A stretch of 63,318 nucleotides of DNA, filler included, from Vannella sp. (taxonomy: Eukaryota), in NCBI GenBank assembly GCA_023345925.1. It is 6 parts of 6 records of this genome, joined end to end, with 100 filler letters (N's around TTAATTAATTAA, not from the genome) between each part and the next. Parts side by side here need not be neighbours in the genome. Positions count along the whole stretch, not along the records: positions 48,561 to 55,998 come from JAJQQN010000647.1; positions 56,099 to 63,318 come from JAJQQN010000867.1; 4 more parts are not named here. One strand, given 5' to 3'. The position numbers and the translations under genes were made by a program. The notes under the pieces are model-generated. The model was not told the DNA's origin. It searched no databases and was given only the letters and a program-made list of their open reading frames with translations. Shown here in pieces: positions 49,235 through 60,908 of this stretch (the stretch's first letter is position 1; each line of letters starts with the position of its first letter).

Positions 49235-52200
49235 ATGGTGGAGGCAGTTCGGGACTCTTTGGAGCTCGGAATGTTCGATGAGGAGGCGCTGGATGGAAGT
49301 TACGCGCTGAGAGAGAGTCAGGAAAGTGGAGAAGGTGTGTCTGATGCACTGGACTGTGTCCGCCCGGTTTCTCTGGCTCCAGGGGAAGTGGTTTTGAGAT
49401 CGCCGTCCGGGTTTCTGGGTTTGAAGAACCAGTGAGTGTTCTGCGCCTCTCAAAGACGTACTATCGCCGTTCTCTTACATAAGTAACGCTAAGAGGTGCT
49501 ACTTGCTACCTCAACTCGCTTATCCAACAGCTCTTCATGACCCCAGAGCTCCGCCAAGGGATCTTCGCTCTCTCTGAACAAGAGCTCGGGCTTAAGGTGA
49601 ACCCTGTCTCCACACGTGAGGCAAGGAGACTTACAAGTTGTCTATTCAGGGAGAGGATGGCGAAGAGGAGCCCGAACCTGAAGGGGAAGTGGAGGATGTC
49701 GCAACTGGGCCGTCCGTCAGCTCTTATGACCTGAATGAGCTTACAAGCATGGGCTTCACTGAGGGAATGGCTACTCGAGCGCTCCTTGTGACAATGCAGG
49801 GAGGTACATCGAGTGTCCAGCGGGCGGCAGAGTGGCTCTTGATGCAGAGCGATGATGAGGAGCCTGCCAGTGCCCCATCAAAAGAAGAAGAAGAACCGGC
49901 ACAAGCTCCTACTTCGACTCGCTCACGGCGCCGAAAGATCCCGATCGAGCTACAGAAACTGTTCGCAGTTCTCCAGTCCGCGGAGAAGCCTGCCACATCC
50001 ACGAAGGCCCTAACTGCTTCGTTTGGGTGGAATGGGAACCAAATAGGAGAGCAGCACGACGTTCACGAGCTCAACCGCATCCTATTCGAGGCGATCGAGA
50101 CCTCCCTTCGTGGAACTTCCTCTGCTGACATCCTCGACCGCCTTTTCCGGGGTCTCCTGGTCAACAAGGTACAGTGTCTTGCTTGTGGCTACACAAGCGA
50201 GCGAGAAGAGCCCTTCCAGGATATCACTACAGTGGTGAAGGGGCAAGGCTCTTTAGTGTACTCCTTGGAGGCTTATGTCCGCCCTGAAGTAATGGAGGGA
50301 GAGAATCGTTACTTTTGTGAGCGTTGTGCCTCTAAGAAGGACGCTCACCGCTGGGTGTGCTTCAGGGAAACCCCGGAGATATTGATATTCTCTCTGGCTC
50401 GTTTTGACTACGACTTTGTCACGGGCAACCGCACCAAGAACTCAGAGCCGTTTCACTATCCCTTAGTCATAGATATGGCTCCTTTTGGGGAATCAGCAGA
50501 GAATCGAGCGGGAGAAGAGAGGATTCCAGCGAGGAAACTTTCACTTTATCAGCCGGAAGTGGCGGAGAACTCTCAGGACCTTTACGATCTTTGTTCTGTT
50601 GTTATCCACACTGGTCGCAGTGGAAACCACGGCCACTATCACGCGTACATCAAGGATGTGGCACAAGAGGGTCACTGGACCCACCGAACAGAGCGCCCAG
50701 GAAGTGGCTGGGACACTTCTGCTTCTGACCGTAAGGGGCATAAGCGATCCCTTTCCAGTGAAGTGGAGGAAGCAGCTAATACTTCCAGCTCCTTGGCGGA
50801 TCTGAAAGTGCCGGATATCCCTCTAAAAGCCCAGAAAGCTGTCGTAGAACTTCCAGAGGACACAGATATGACCGAAGGGTGGTTCGACTTCAACGATTCA
50901 AGCGTCACTCCAATCCCGCTGCGCACTCTTCGGTCTCAATTTGGAGGCAAATCCGAATGCGCCTACATGCTCGCCTATCGACGCCGTCGCACAGAAACAA
51001 CCCTGACTACCCCTTTCCTCCCCTCTCACCTCCAGCAGATAGTGGAATCCAAGAACCAGATCATCTCTTCAAAACGAGGAGCGAAAGAAGCAAAAGCCAA
51101 CCGCATAGAACTGACCGCCTTCCTTGGAAGTCATTTTAACGTGGACAGTTTTGGGATTGCCCGTCATACTGACGAGCAAACTAGTACAGTCAAGGATAGA
51201 TCACTTCGTATTCCAATTATCATCGATCAACGACAAACCGTCGCAGAGCTGAGGGATGCGCTGTTCAAGGCTCTACCTGGAGCGTTCGGCTCGCCTGTGC
51301 AGCTCCTCCTTCACACCATGAGGATCCAGCAAAGTAGATTGGTTCTCATATCGCCCGAACGCTGTGTGGGACCGGACGACCTTACTTTGGAGCAGTGCGG
51401 AGTCGCAACAGGAACAGAGCTCTTGGTTTGGGATGGGAGCCGGCTGGGTGATTCCCAATGGGATCCAAATAACCAAGTTATCTCCTTCACACTGCACCAC
51501 ATCACTTCTTACCCTCCAGAAGACCCAGAATCTGGTCACTTTATCCTCACGAAAGACTCGCCTTACCCACCAGTGCAAGCAGAGACCATTGACCTCCAAT
51601 TGACAGGATTAACAGCTTTAAACAGACTGTATAGTCTTGTAAAGGAGCTCACTGGGATACCAGAGGAGGAACAACTCCTCTTCTCCCTGAGAAGAGAGAA
51701 AGGTGACAACTGGAGCCTTCGCGAGAAAGTCCCAAATCCCTTCCAAACTCCAACAGAACTGTCTCAAAGGCTTCAGGACGTCAATCTTTCGCCAGGAAAC
51801 TCGCAGATTACAGTGGAACACTCCAATAGCAAAGAGGAGGGTCCCAGCATGGCAGAAGCTCTGGTCCACATGAAACAAAACGGGCTGGTATTGCGGGTCA
51901 AGAACTCACTGCCTGGAGGAGCCCAGTCAACTTTAGGGCAACTGACAGTATTGGTGTCTTGCCAAAGTACTTTGTATCAACTCAAATGCGCTCTGATGGA
52001 GCGCCTCGGGCTCACAAGTGATCCTGATAACGTGCGATTCCGCCGACTGCGCCCAGAAGGCTTCTCAGGGACTCTCTATCAGAACGAAGACCTCCCTTTA
52101 ATTGATATTCCTTTGCTGCACAACTCCATGCTAAGTATCGAAGCGGGAGAGTCCCCTTCAAGCAAGAGCATCCTCATCCAATGTAAATTATCTCATAATC

Positions 52201-53432
52201 AAGATGCTGAGCTGCGAGTCCCCATTCAGAAGACTTGGACCATTGCCCAAACTGTGGCACTCTTGAAGTCTCGCTTTGAATTGCCAGAAGAAGAAGATTA
52301 TGTTCTCCAGAAGACTGACATTTGGGGAAATATCACTCGCTCCTTCAATGAAGGAGGGCGGAGTGTGAACGAGGCCAATCTGCTTTCCAACACGAATTAC
52401 CTCCTTCACAAGCTCACTCCTGGAGGGCAGATTGCCACTTCTTTGTTACTGTTTGAGTTCCGAGACCGTGAAGCACCCGGATTTATCCCGTCTTCCTTCT
52501 GCTGCTCGATGGGAAGTGGAGAAGAGTTTCGCCTGGGCGATGCGGCGTCTTGGAGGGAGACTCAGCTCGAGGATGCGGTTGCGGAACCATCTGGATGGGC
52601 TGTCTACTCCCCCCGCCAGTGCAAAGGCATCAGCGTTCCCTATTCCTACTGGATGACAGCATTGGGAACCTTTGAATTGGACAAACAAGCGACCCTCTTC
52701 CAACTTAAAGAGCAAATCTCCCGTCAGGTGCCATTACTGGCAGGTGTAAGCGCGCCCCATTTCATCCGACTTTGGCACAATCACGCCCTTTTGAAAGGGC
52801 ACGAGGATGCAACCCACTACCTTCACGAAAACGTCCTTCCCACTTTGGTCATTCAAGTGCTGGAGCACCCTGAAGATCTGATGAAGCAGGTCAAGTGTCT
52901 GACAGTATTCTTGCGCAACTCCCCCGCCAAAGGCTTCTTCCGGCCCACGGATTATCTTCATGATGCTAGCGAATCCAATGTCCCTCTTGCTCCCAGACTG
53001 TCTCAGGACATGGATATCCCTCTTGAACACTTCCAGGCCTTCCATTACAGCTTCACTTCGCGTACCTGGCGACTTATGGACTGCGCTGTGGATCTGACAG
53101 TCCCAGAGACAGAATCAGGTCCATCTCGGATAGAAGTTGGCGAACTCTTTGGGGAAGGCACTGAAGGAGGGGCCATTCGGAAGAAAAAGCACTCCCAGCA
53201 AGTCACCTACGAAGATGGCGACATTCTCATTGTCAAGGACGCTCGCCAAGATCCATCTGGCCACGACCCGCTCAATCTGGAGCTCCTCAGCAAGCTGCGC
53301 GTGGACAGTTCCAGAATGTCGTCTGGAACGGCCCCCAAAAGAGTTCACCGCGAGGAAGCTCAGCTTCGCATTCATGTTGATGCATTCGATTCCCCCAAGG
53401 CCCCTTCCCGCAACCTGAGAACCTCTGCTTGA
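49235..53432 (+). CDS. USP40-like deubiquitinase with UBA insertion and C-terminal UBL repeats
   Basis: GLKNQ/GATCYLNS Cys box across an intron, QHDVHELNRILF, GHYHAYI His box, WFDFND; MGF-containing UBA; start 49235 or 49271. Confidence 0.9.
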
Positions 53433-53534
53433 ATAAACCAGTCGGCCTGCTCCAGACCCTGCAGGAGGATTGGATGCCCTCCCCACCTCCATCGGCCTCC
53501 AACTCTTTGTGCAAGGCTCAGTAAAGCGTCTATC

Positions 53535-53907
53535 TTACTCTGAGACCAAAGGCACAGCCAGGCCAGGAATGGCGGCGCTTTTGACGGTGATGAGGACAAA
53601 GACGGAAGCGGGGATGGTGGAAATGGTGATCTCTGACTCGCTTGTGTTCACACGGATCAACCTGGACTCTTCATTAATCTGCAAGAGCGTCTCCTGACAC
53701 AGAGTAGCTCCCCATGCAGCGTAGCGCTTCCCTAACTCTGGCGTTTGGTTGGTCTTCACCAAACCGCCCTTCCGCGTGGCGATCACGACGAAAGTGTTGT
53801 CTTTCACTAAACGAGCAAATGTCTGCTCCACCTTCCCTCTCCCCATCAGCCAAAGCCCAAGCCTAAGCCCCCGCCCACTCGACCACACGCACCACGTTGT
53901 CGGCCAT
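53535..53907 (-). CDS. Roadblock/LC7 (dynein light chain roadblock-like) protein
   Basis: MADNV/VEQTFARL across an intron; G.LVKT; RLIRVNTSESEI; FVLITV. Confidence 0.7.
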
Positions 53908-53928
53908 CAGGAAATGGTCCAAACACTT

Positions 53929-55143
53929 CTATTGCTCAAGGAATGCGAGAACTTGCTCCAAGAAGGCCTCACACGAGCGGAGCTGATCAAGGCTCACGAA
54001 CTCGTTGGGTTTGTGAGCTTGTTCGATGGATCCGGGCCCTATGAGGACGGTGGGGACTCCTGCTTTGCTGAATAGGCCGGCCTCGGTCATGTAACTGACG
54101 AGGAATGTATCCGTGGTGCCGGAGAACTGCTGAGCAAGGCGAACGACCTCTGCATCGGGAGCAGTATTCAAGGCGGGTCCCCCACTGAGGATGGCGATGT
54201 CGATTCCAGTATCTTTGGAGACCTGGTGCATCTCCTCTTCCAGCTCAGTCGCACGAGAGCGTAGTTCAGCCATCAAATCCTGAGGAGCGACTGCTGGAAC
54301 GGGCCTCCACTCCACCTTCACTTCACAATGCTTTGGGACGATGTTTCCAGCTGTCCCTCCATGGATGACCCCACACTGTATCGTTGTTGATGCTGGCACG
54401 AAGCCCTCGTCAAAGGGACCTTCTGTCAGGTGCCTTTTGCTCATTTTCTGCTTCCCTGTGAGCTTCCCCTCGCTTATCAGAGAGGAGAGAGTACGCACCT
54501 TCAAGTGAGAGACCAACTCAGCAGCATACTCGACCGCATTGACTCCCAGATGCGTCAAACTGCTGTGACATTCCAGTCCGCGTACAGTAATCCCAATGTT
54601 CTGGTGTCCTTTGTGCTTCCGGACGACACGCATCATGGTAGGCTCTCCTACAAAGCAACACAATGGTAGTACGGGCTGTGAAACAAGGTAGTCCACCAAG
54701 CTGCAGACACCCAAGCAAGTAACCTCTTCGTCGTAAGAGAACGCCAAATGCACAGGGCGCTTGAGGTTGCCAGCAGCAAAGCGAGGAGCAAAGGCCAAGC
54801 AAGCTGCCAAGAAGCCTTTCATATCACACGTGCCTCTACCAAAGAGGAGATCTCCTCGTTGCACTAGATCAAAAGGGTCCGTGTCCCACGCTTGCCCTGC
54901 TACTGGGACAACATCCGAGTGCCCAGAGAGCATGATTCCCGGCTGGTCTGAGGGTCCTATGGAGGCCAGAAGGTTAGCCCAGTTGTTCGTGGGATCAGGA
55001 AAGAGCTTGCAAGTGAAGCCCAAACTCTCCAGCGCCTTCCGCACTTCCTCAATCAGCGGCAAGTTCGAGTTGCAACTAACAGTGTCAAAGGCCACCAATC
55101 TACGCAGCCATTCCATGCACGCTGGCATCGCCTCCCCCTCCAT
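53929..55143 (-). CDS. argE: Acetylornithine deacetylase (M20 peptidase), proteobacterial ArgE-like
   Basis: LSGHSDVVP, GRGTCDMKGF, SYDEEV, VGEPT, HSS, GPGSIEQAHKPNE; in-frame intron near 54447-54497. Confidence 0.9.
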   Translation of the reverse strand: MEGEAMPACMEWLRRLVAFDTVSCNSNLPLIEEVRKALESLGFTCKLFPDPTNNWANLLASIGPSDQPGIMLSGHSDVVPVAGQAWDTDPFDLVQRGDLLFGRGTCDMKGFLAACLAFAPRFAAGNLKRPVHLAFSYDEEVTCLGVCSLVDYLVSQPVLPLCCFVGEPTMMRVVRKHKGHQNIGITVRGLECHSSLTHLGVNAVEYAAELVSHLKVRTLSSLISEGKLTGKQKMSKRHLTEGPFDEGFVPASTTIQCGVIHGGTAGNIVPKHCEVKVEWRPVPAVAPQDLMAELRSRATELEEEMHQVSKDTGIDIAILSGGPALNTAPDAEVVRLAQQFSGTTDTFLVSYMTEAGLFSKAGVPTVLIGPGSIEQAHKPNEFVSLDQLRSCEAFLEQVLAFLEQ

Positions 55144-55410
55144 TCTCCCAAAAAGTGAGGAAATGCGACTTTTGTTCAAAGCCTCTTCTTCTAGAGAAGT
55201 AGTAGAGAGCTCCGAGTGGTAGTGCGAGTGTATCAAGCTCTCCTTCTCTCAGTGCAAGCCGTTTGAATGTGGATTTTCTCTTTGGACCACCACACAATGG
55301 GTTCCACTATTATTGCTTCTAGGTGAGTTTCAAATGGGGTTTAGTAAGGACGAGTCCGAAGGGTTTTCAACTTTCTGCTTCGATCATCGCCAGGCTGCAG
55401 TCGCCCAGAC

Positions 55411-55917
55411 TCAAAATGCAGTTGTGGTGTCGGTATCAACTTGAGTTGTGGTTGTAGTGGTCTGAGTCGTTCGCACAATAGTGGTTATTGGAGGTCCAGT
55501 AGTTGAGGTAGGACTGCATGAGGTGGGCCCGGATTTCGCGTACCCAGAAGCGCACCTTGGGAGACACTGTTGGTCTTGATCTCCACCAGAATGATGGAAC
55601 TGATTCGCGTAGCAGGAGCTGCATTGATTGATCAAAGGACCAACGCAAGTGCGGCAGTTGTTGTTGCAAGCAAAACATCCAATATCTTCTCTCTCATCCT
55701 CAGAAGAGAAGAAACCTCTGCTGCAAGATGCAACGCAGCTGGTTTGCTCCTTGAAGGATCCAGGTGGACATGAAGTGCAACGCCGACCTCCTGGTCCAGA
55801 GCATTCAGAGCAGGAGAGATCACAGCTAAAGCATGAGTTCTTCAGCTCATACTTTCCAGACGGGCAAAGGGCAACAGCCAAGCCAAAGAAACAACAGAAC
55901 AAGCGCAAGGAAAGCAT
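55411..55917 (-). CDS. Small secreted protein with furin-like Cys repeats and Thr-rich tail
   Basis: Signal peptide; CxxCxxxCxxCxGPxxxxCxSC occurs twice. Confidence 0.8.
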   Translation of the reverse strand: MLSLRLFCCFFGLAVALCPSGKYELKNSCFSCDLSCSECSGPGGRRCTSCPPGSFKEQTSCVASCSRGFFSSEDEREDIGCFACNNNCRTCVGPLINQCSSCYANQFHHSGGDQDQQCLPRCASGYAKSGPTSCSPTSTTGPPITTIVRTTQTTTTTTQVDTDTTTAF

Positions 55918-55998
55918 TTGGGAGCTGGGTTGGAGAAAATGTCTTAAAAAAGAAGAGCAGTTTCCTTTTATAGCTTTGGAAAGTGCGAGTTAATGATA

Positions 55999-56098
55999 NN
56001 NNNNNNNNNNNNNNNNNNNNNNNNNNNNNNNNNNNNNNNNNNTTAATTAATTAANNNNNNNNNNNNNNNNNNNNNNNNNNNNNNNNNNNNNNNNNNNN
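55999..56098. other. Artificial contig linker
   Basis: N44-TTAATTAATTAA-N44. Confidence 0.98.
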
Positions 56099-56145
56099 GT
56101 TTAGTAAAGTATGGAGTGAAAAGGAACGGTCTCAATGACTTCAAG

Positions 56146-57072
56146 TCACATAGCGTTGGTGACAGGAACGTCACTTGAGAGGAGGCGCAGACATTCTGCA
56201 AAAGGAGCACCGTAGAGAGGACGATTAAACTCGGAACAAAGCTGTAATAATCGAGAGTTGTCGCTGAGAGTCATTTCTTTGTTCATCTGGATTACTTTCT
56301 TTGCGCTGGATGCGAACTGTTTAAAGAGAGAAAGCTTTGGTTTGAGATCGCTTGCGTTTTCCCAATTGGGGAGATCATCTGCTTCTACCACTGAACCAAG
56401 CAGATATTCCATCAGAGACTTCCATTGTTTGGATGAAGCTAGTAACGTCAGGGTCTTCTTTGTTGCGGCCACAAACAAAGCTTGGACTGGTTTCGTTCTC
56501 AAGAAGCAAGCATGGTCTAACGTTGTAGTGTAGCGAGTGTGAGGGAGCGACTCGTAAACCTTCTTGTTGAGCATCTTCAGTTCTTCTAACGCTGCAAGAA
56601 CATCAAAGTCTGGCAGGCACTGACGAATTGAAGTCTCAAGATCCGGATGGGAAGAGGCCAAGTCAATAACGAGTTGCTCCAATTGAGACTTTTGGAGAGA
56701 TTGGAGGAGTTTGGGAAGTGGGACTGGAGCTGCCCTTCGTTTCTTAGCCGGAGGCTCTTCCATCCAAGAGGGATGATCTATTTGGGTCAAGGGGGAGAGC
56801 CAATGAGCATCATGGACGGTGGCAAACGGGGATGAGGCCCAACGTCCCTGGTTGTCTTCAGAGGCCAGAGGAGTATCTATCGATGGTGAGTCATTCGAAA
56901 AGAGGAAAGACTCTGTGGCTGGGGACGAGGGGGACGGTGAAAAAAGGCTTCTTCCAGTGGAGAGGGAATGAAAAGCTTCCTCGTTATCAAAGAAAGAGTC
57001 CATCTCTCGAGCATCATCAACGGACCCAAGTCTTGGCCAGGAAGGGCTGTTGGAGTTGGGAGCAGTCATCAT
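56146..57072 (-). CDS. Cut8/Sts1-like nuclear proteasome tether
   Basis: KKRR NLS followed by LPKLLQSLQKSQLEQLV..HPDL; ESLP; LPNWEN. Confidence 0.75.
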   Translation of the reverse strand: MMTAPNSNSPSWPRLGSVDDAREMDSFFDNEEAFHSLSTGRSLFSPSPSSPATESFLFSNDSPSIDTPLASEDNQGRWASSPFATVHDAHWLSPLTQIDHPSWMEEPPAKKRRAAPVPLPKLLQSLQKSQLEQLVIDLASSHPDLETSIRQCLPDFDVLAALEELKMLNKKVYESLPHTRYTTTLDHACFLRTKPVQALFVAATKKTLTLLASSKQWKSLMEYLLGSVVEADDLPNWENASDLKPKLSLFKQFASSAKKVIQMNKEMTLSDNSRLLQLCSEFNRPLYGAPFAECLRLLSSDVPVTNAM

Positions 57073-57362
57073 CTTGGTCGAGTTAAGTGTGAAAAGCCAG
57101 AAGCAGAGAAAGTGAGCGAACCACCAAAAGCAGGAAATCTGCAGGAATTGCGGAAGCGTCTCCGGACCAGTTCCTGGAATCTCGTTAACAGCTAGTACTT
57201 TCCTTATCTTCCAATGCTCTCCGCTTCAAATGTTAAGATGGTTACCCATTTTCCACCAGGAGGGCTCACAAGAATGCATTTCACCTTGGCCGTGAAGAAA
57301 GGTGAAATGTGACGTGGCCGTGTCTGAGGTCGTTCTGGGGAAGGAAATGCTGTCATTTTGTA

Positions 57363-58206
57363 ATGTCCTCTAAGCGTGTGACTGACCCCCCGTGTACATC
57401 TCTGTCTGCTCCTGAGAGGTGAGCGTTCTTGGTGTGGGCTGGCCAGTCTCCTGAATGAGTCGTGTAGGAGCCACCTCGCCCGAGTTTACTCGAGTCTTGC
57501 GGGTTCCATGGGAACTTGCGCTATTGGCGCTGCGGTGGATGTTAACTATCAACTCCACGGTATTCTAAGCACCCTGGGCGCGATTGCTGGGATCGTAATG
57601 GTCGGTCTCTCTCCTTCTCAGCAGAAGAAGCTGATGTGGCTTTTTGTCACTGCTTTCTGTATGGGCTGCAATCTTGGCCCTCTCATTGAACACGCCATTG
57701 AAACCAACGTGGAGTGAGCTTCCTACCTTGACCACGGAGGGCTCTGGACTCACTGTTATGGCAGCTCCCTCGTCACCGCTTTCCTTTGCTCGTCCGCCAT
57801 GTTCGGATGCTTGTCCGTGGCTGCTATGGTCGCCCCTTCTGAGCAGTACCTTTGGTTGGGAGGCTTCTTGAGCTCAGCAATGTCCATGTTGGGGCTGGTG
57901 GGCCTTTGCAACATGTTCTTCCACAGCGAGGCAATCTTCTCCGCCTCCCTGTACCTTGGACTCCTCGTCTACTGCGGCTACGCTCTGTACGACACCCAAC
58001 AGATCCTCAAAAAGGTCCGTCTGGGCGACCGACGCTTTGTGGAGCACGCTCTCACACTCTTCATTGGTCCGTTTCCCTCCTCTACTCGCCCTTCACCTTC
58101 TTACTCGTCTCTAGACTTTGTGGGAACCTTCGTCCGTGTCCTCATCATCATTCTGGAGCTGACTGGGAAGAAGGAGAAGTCGAAGAGCTCCTCTCGCCGA
58201 AGATAA
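57363..58206 (+). CDS. Bax inhibitor-1 (TMBIM6)
   Basis: HLARVYSSL; YLWLGGFLSS; YLGLLVYCGYALYDTQQI; HALTLF/DFVGTFVRVLII; basic C-terminus; three introns. Confidence 0.92.
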
Positions 58207-58291
58207 CGTTCCCATGGATGGTCTTGACAGCGAGAGTGGTGTGTAGATTCATAAAAGGGCTTTGTGCAGGTTCATTTCAAGGCTGCGCCTT

Positions 58292-59389
58292 ATGAGCGAG
58301 AACGTGGTCGAACAGGGTGTCTCGGATATCCTCGCTTGGTGCTATGCCACGTGCTTTATGGGCTCTATGCTGTGTCAAGTGGTCAATACGTGGCGGTGGC
58401 GCTCTTCAAGTGGGCTCTCCTTCGACTGGGTGAGGAGAACGAGCTGGTGAAGGGAAAAGGCTCATTGTTGGGGCAGATCCAGTTCACCTTCTTTGGGTAT
58501 GTCTGTCTGGCAGTCATCACGTCTGGCATGCTCTTCTCCTCGACGCTACAAACCGACTTTGCAGTGGCCCATCCCACGTTGGGGACTCAAGTGCGCATTA
58601 GTGACCTTGTTCTGGCGCTTGTGGGGATCGTGCTGTCTCTTCTGATGTTCTCTCTTCACTTTCACTATAAGGTGAGCTCTCAGCTTGCTCATAGCCTCGT
58701 TTGGCTTCTTACGGAGCGAGGATCAGAGGGAGATGTCAAGTGAACACTCTGTTCTGGGGCGCCTCCTGATCCTACTGGCCTGGTTTGCCCTATCAGCTAT
58801 GATAGTAGTGACTCTCATACCTTCAAGCTCATTAGGCGCTCTGGGCTTCGTGCAAAGCGTCGTTATCCTCTTCGGAGTGTCAATTGCCTTCCGTTACCCT
58901 CCCCAGATCGCTCTGATCTTCCGTTTACGAGCTACCATGACATGGAGCATGGCCAGCATCTACCTACGGCTCTTTGGCGCGTGCTTCCTGGCAATCCAAC
59001 TCGCCTTCGAAGCCGCAGCAGTGAACTCCTGGAAGGCCACTGTAGGGAGCATCGTTCCGCTGATTGTAGTCTCTCTGATCTTCCTCTATGGAGGAGTGAT
59101 CGCTATCCAACGCTGGACGTGCTGCACGTCCACGCCAGAAGGAGTAAAACGAAGCCGCCGCGAGTTGATCTTCGAGGAAGCCAACTTGTCTCAACGCATC
59201 TGCTACGACGAGGAGGAGAGCCGTACACACTCCTCAGTAGGTAACTTTGAGGTGATAGACAACTACGAACCCTCCCTATCGCCGCAGGGAAGCAGCGTTT
59301 CGTTTCTTTCAGGAGATCCGTCGCGAGCATGGTCCATGAACAGCGAGGACCGCTTCGACTCGTCGTCCTCTTCTAGTGAGCTATCGTAG
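58292..59389 (+). CDS. Cystinosin-like PQ-loop transporter
   Basis: QVVNTWRWRSSSGLSFD; V+ISD; YPPQIALIFRLRATMTWS; multiple TM; two introns; Ser-rich tail. Confidence 0.75.
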
Positions 59390-59426
59390 CAGCCTTCCAA
59401 TGTATTGTTTACCCGCTCCCTCGGCC

Positions 59427-60452
59427 ATGTTGGCGGGGATGGCGGACGGACCGGGTTGTGGGTGGGTGAAGGCTCTGGGAGGCTTCTGTAGGAGGGTTAC
59501 TACTCAGAAGTGGGGCCAGCTTCTGTTCTTCGTTGTGCTGGCGGGTCTGAGCGTTGTATCGATCGCGCCAATCGCGCTCACGTCCTTCCCAACGTATCCT
59601 TCTTACACAGACGAGGGAGATCTGCTTCAATCGATGGAGTATCAGATTGCTCTCAACCCCAAGTCAGAGTGGGCCAACAGAGAGGAGATGCTGGCCCGCT
59701 GGATCACATTCATCAACTCGAAGAGCCAGTTCGTCCATCTGCGGCGGGAGGATGCTGAAGAAGACGTATTCGATCAGTACCAGATCTCCCCAGGAGGTGG
59801 TCGCTACTGCTCACTGACCTACGCTCTCGTCCGAGTCCGCCATTTCCACGACCGCGACCGCACTCAGATCTCCATCAAAGGCGCCGACGGCGTCTCTCCA
59901 TCCCAGTCGTGTATCTTCCCCTTCTGGCCTGCCAAGCAGTACATGAAGTCAGCAGAGCAGAAGTGTGAGGAAGACTATCATCCCTGCTTTGACAAGTTTA
60001 CGAGGGCCAGTACTATTTCACTTCCGGGTATTATTGACCCAGTCACTTGCAAGGAGATGGCCATCCTCTTCCCAGGTGCTTTCTCCGACTTGAAACCGAA
60101 AAACTATGATTTTATTCCTCCCAGGCAACAACCTTGCACTTGGTGGAGAGTCAAATGGAAGGGGAAAGCGGGAACCAGGTCTCTTTATGATGTCACCTTC
60201 GCCTTGCGTTATTGTACAACACCGGAAGAGGCCCAAGTTGGAGGACCAATCATCAATGGAGAATGGTCCATGCGGACGCATGTTGCCAAAGGGGAGTTAT
60301 GGGAGCGTGACGTTGTCAGAGACCTACGAGACTTGTTCTATCGTCTTGTGCTTGAGTTTGACACTTATGTGGAGCACAAATCCTGTGCCCAAGCTCACTT
60401 TGAGGGAAAACGAGTTCCTCGGGTTGCAGGATTCCCGCTTGCTTTTGATTAA
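59427..60452 (+). CDS. Uncharacterised type II membrane protein, paralog 1 (CYTH-like)
   Basis: TM; EYQIALNPK, VRVR, TQISIK, PFWP, QKCEEDYHPCFDKFTR, GEWSMR. Confidence 0.85.
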   Translation: MLAGMADGPGCGWVKALGGFCRRVTTQKWGQLLFFVVLAGLSVVSIAPIALTSFPTYPSYTDEGDLLQSMEYQIALNPKSEWANREEMLARWITFINSKSQFVHLRREDAEEDVFDQYQISPGGGRYCSLTYALVRVRHFHDRDRTQISIKGADGVSPSQSCIFPFWPAKQYMKSAEQKCEEDYHPCFDKFTRASTISLPGIIDPVTCKEMAILFPGAFSDLKPKNYDFIPPRQQPCTWWRVKWKGKAGTRSLYDVTFALRYCTTPEEAQVGGPIINGEWSMRTHVAKGELWERDVVRDLRDLFYRLVLEFDTYVEHKSCAQAHFEGKRVPRVAGFPLAFD

Positions 60453-60908
60453 CGAAGACAGAAGGAGCAAAGCAAAGACAAGTTCATGACTCTGATAAAA
60501 GGCTTCTGTCAAACGAGAGAATCAGGCCCTCCACAACCTCCATCCAGAAGGAATCAGCCGACTGGTCAATCTGATAGCCCACTCAGGTCGGTCCCCTTTT
60601 CGGAGCCGCCTTTTAAGTCGGCAACGCCGCTTCAGTTTCGCGCTAAGTGTTGATCGAACATCAAACAAGAGGCTGACTTTGCGAGGGCCAAGGTTTCAGA
60701 AACCTAGAATCGTTCAACTCCTGGTCTCAGACACCGGAAAAAGGCTTCTTTTGGAGGTACCAAGAATGCGGTAAACACTTCAGTAGATGCCTCCTTCGCC
60801 TTCGCAGCGTTAAACGTCAGACCATCCTGCCAGTGACTTTCTCCCGATTTTGGAGCCTTTTCTGGGTGTTTGCGCAGGTCAGCCTGAAAAGAGACCGTTT
60901 AAATATGT

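Noticed and set aside
60453..60908. Several short hairpins in the spacer between paralogs 1 and 2
   Set aside because: Stems of only 5-6 bp, no recognisable RNA boxes, and not repeated in the second spacer
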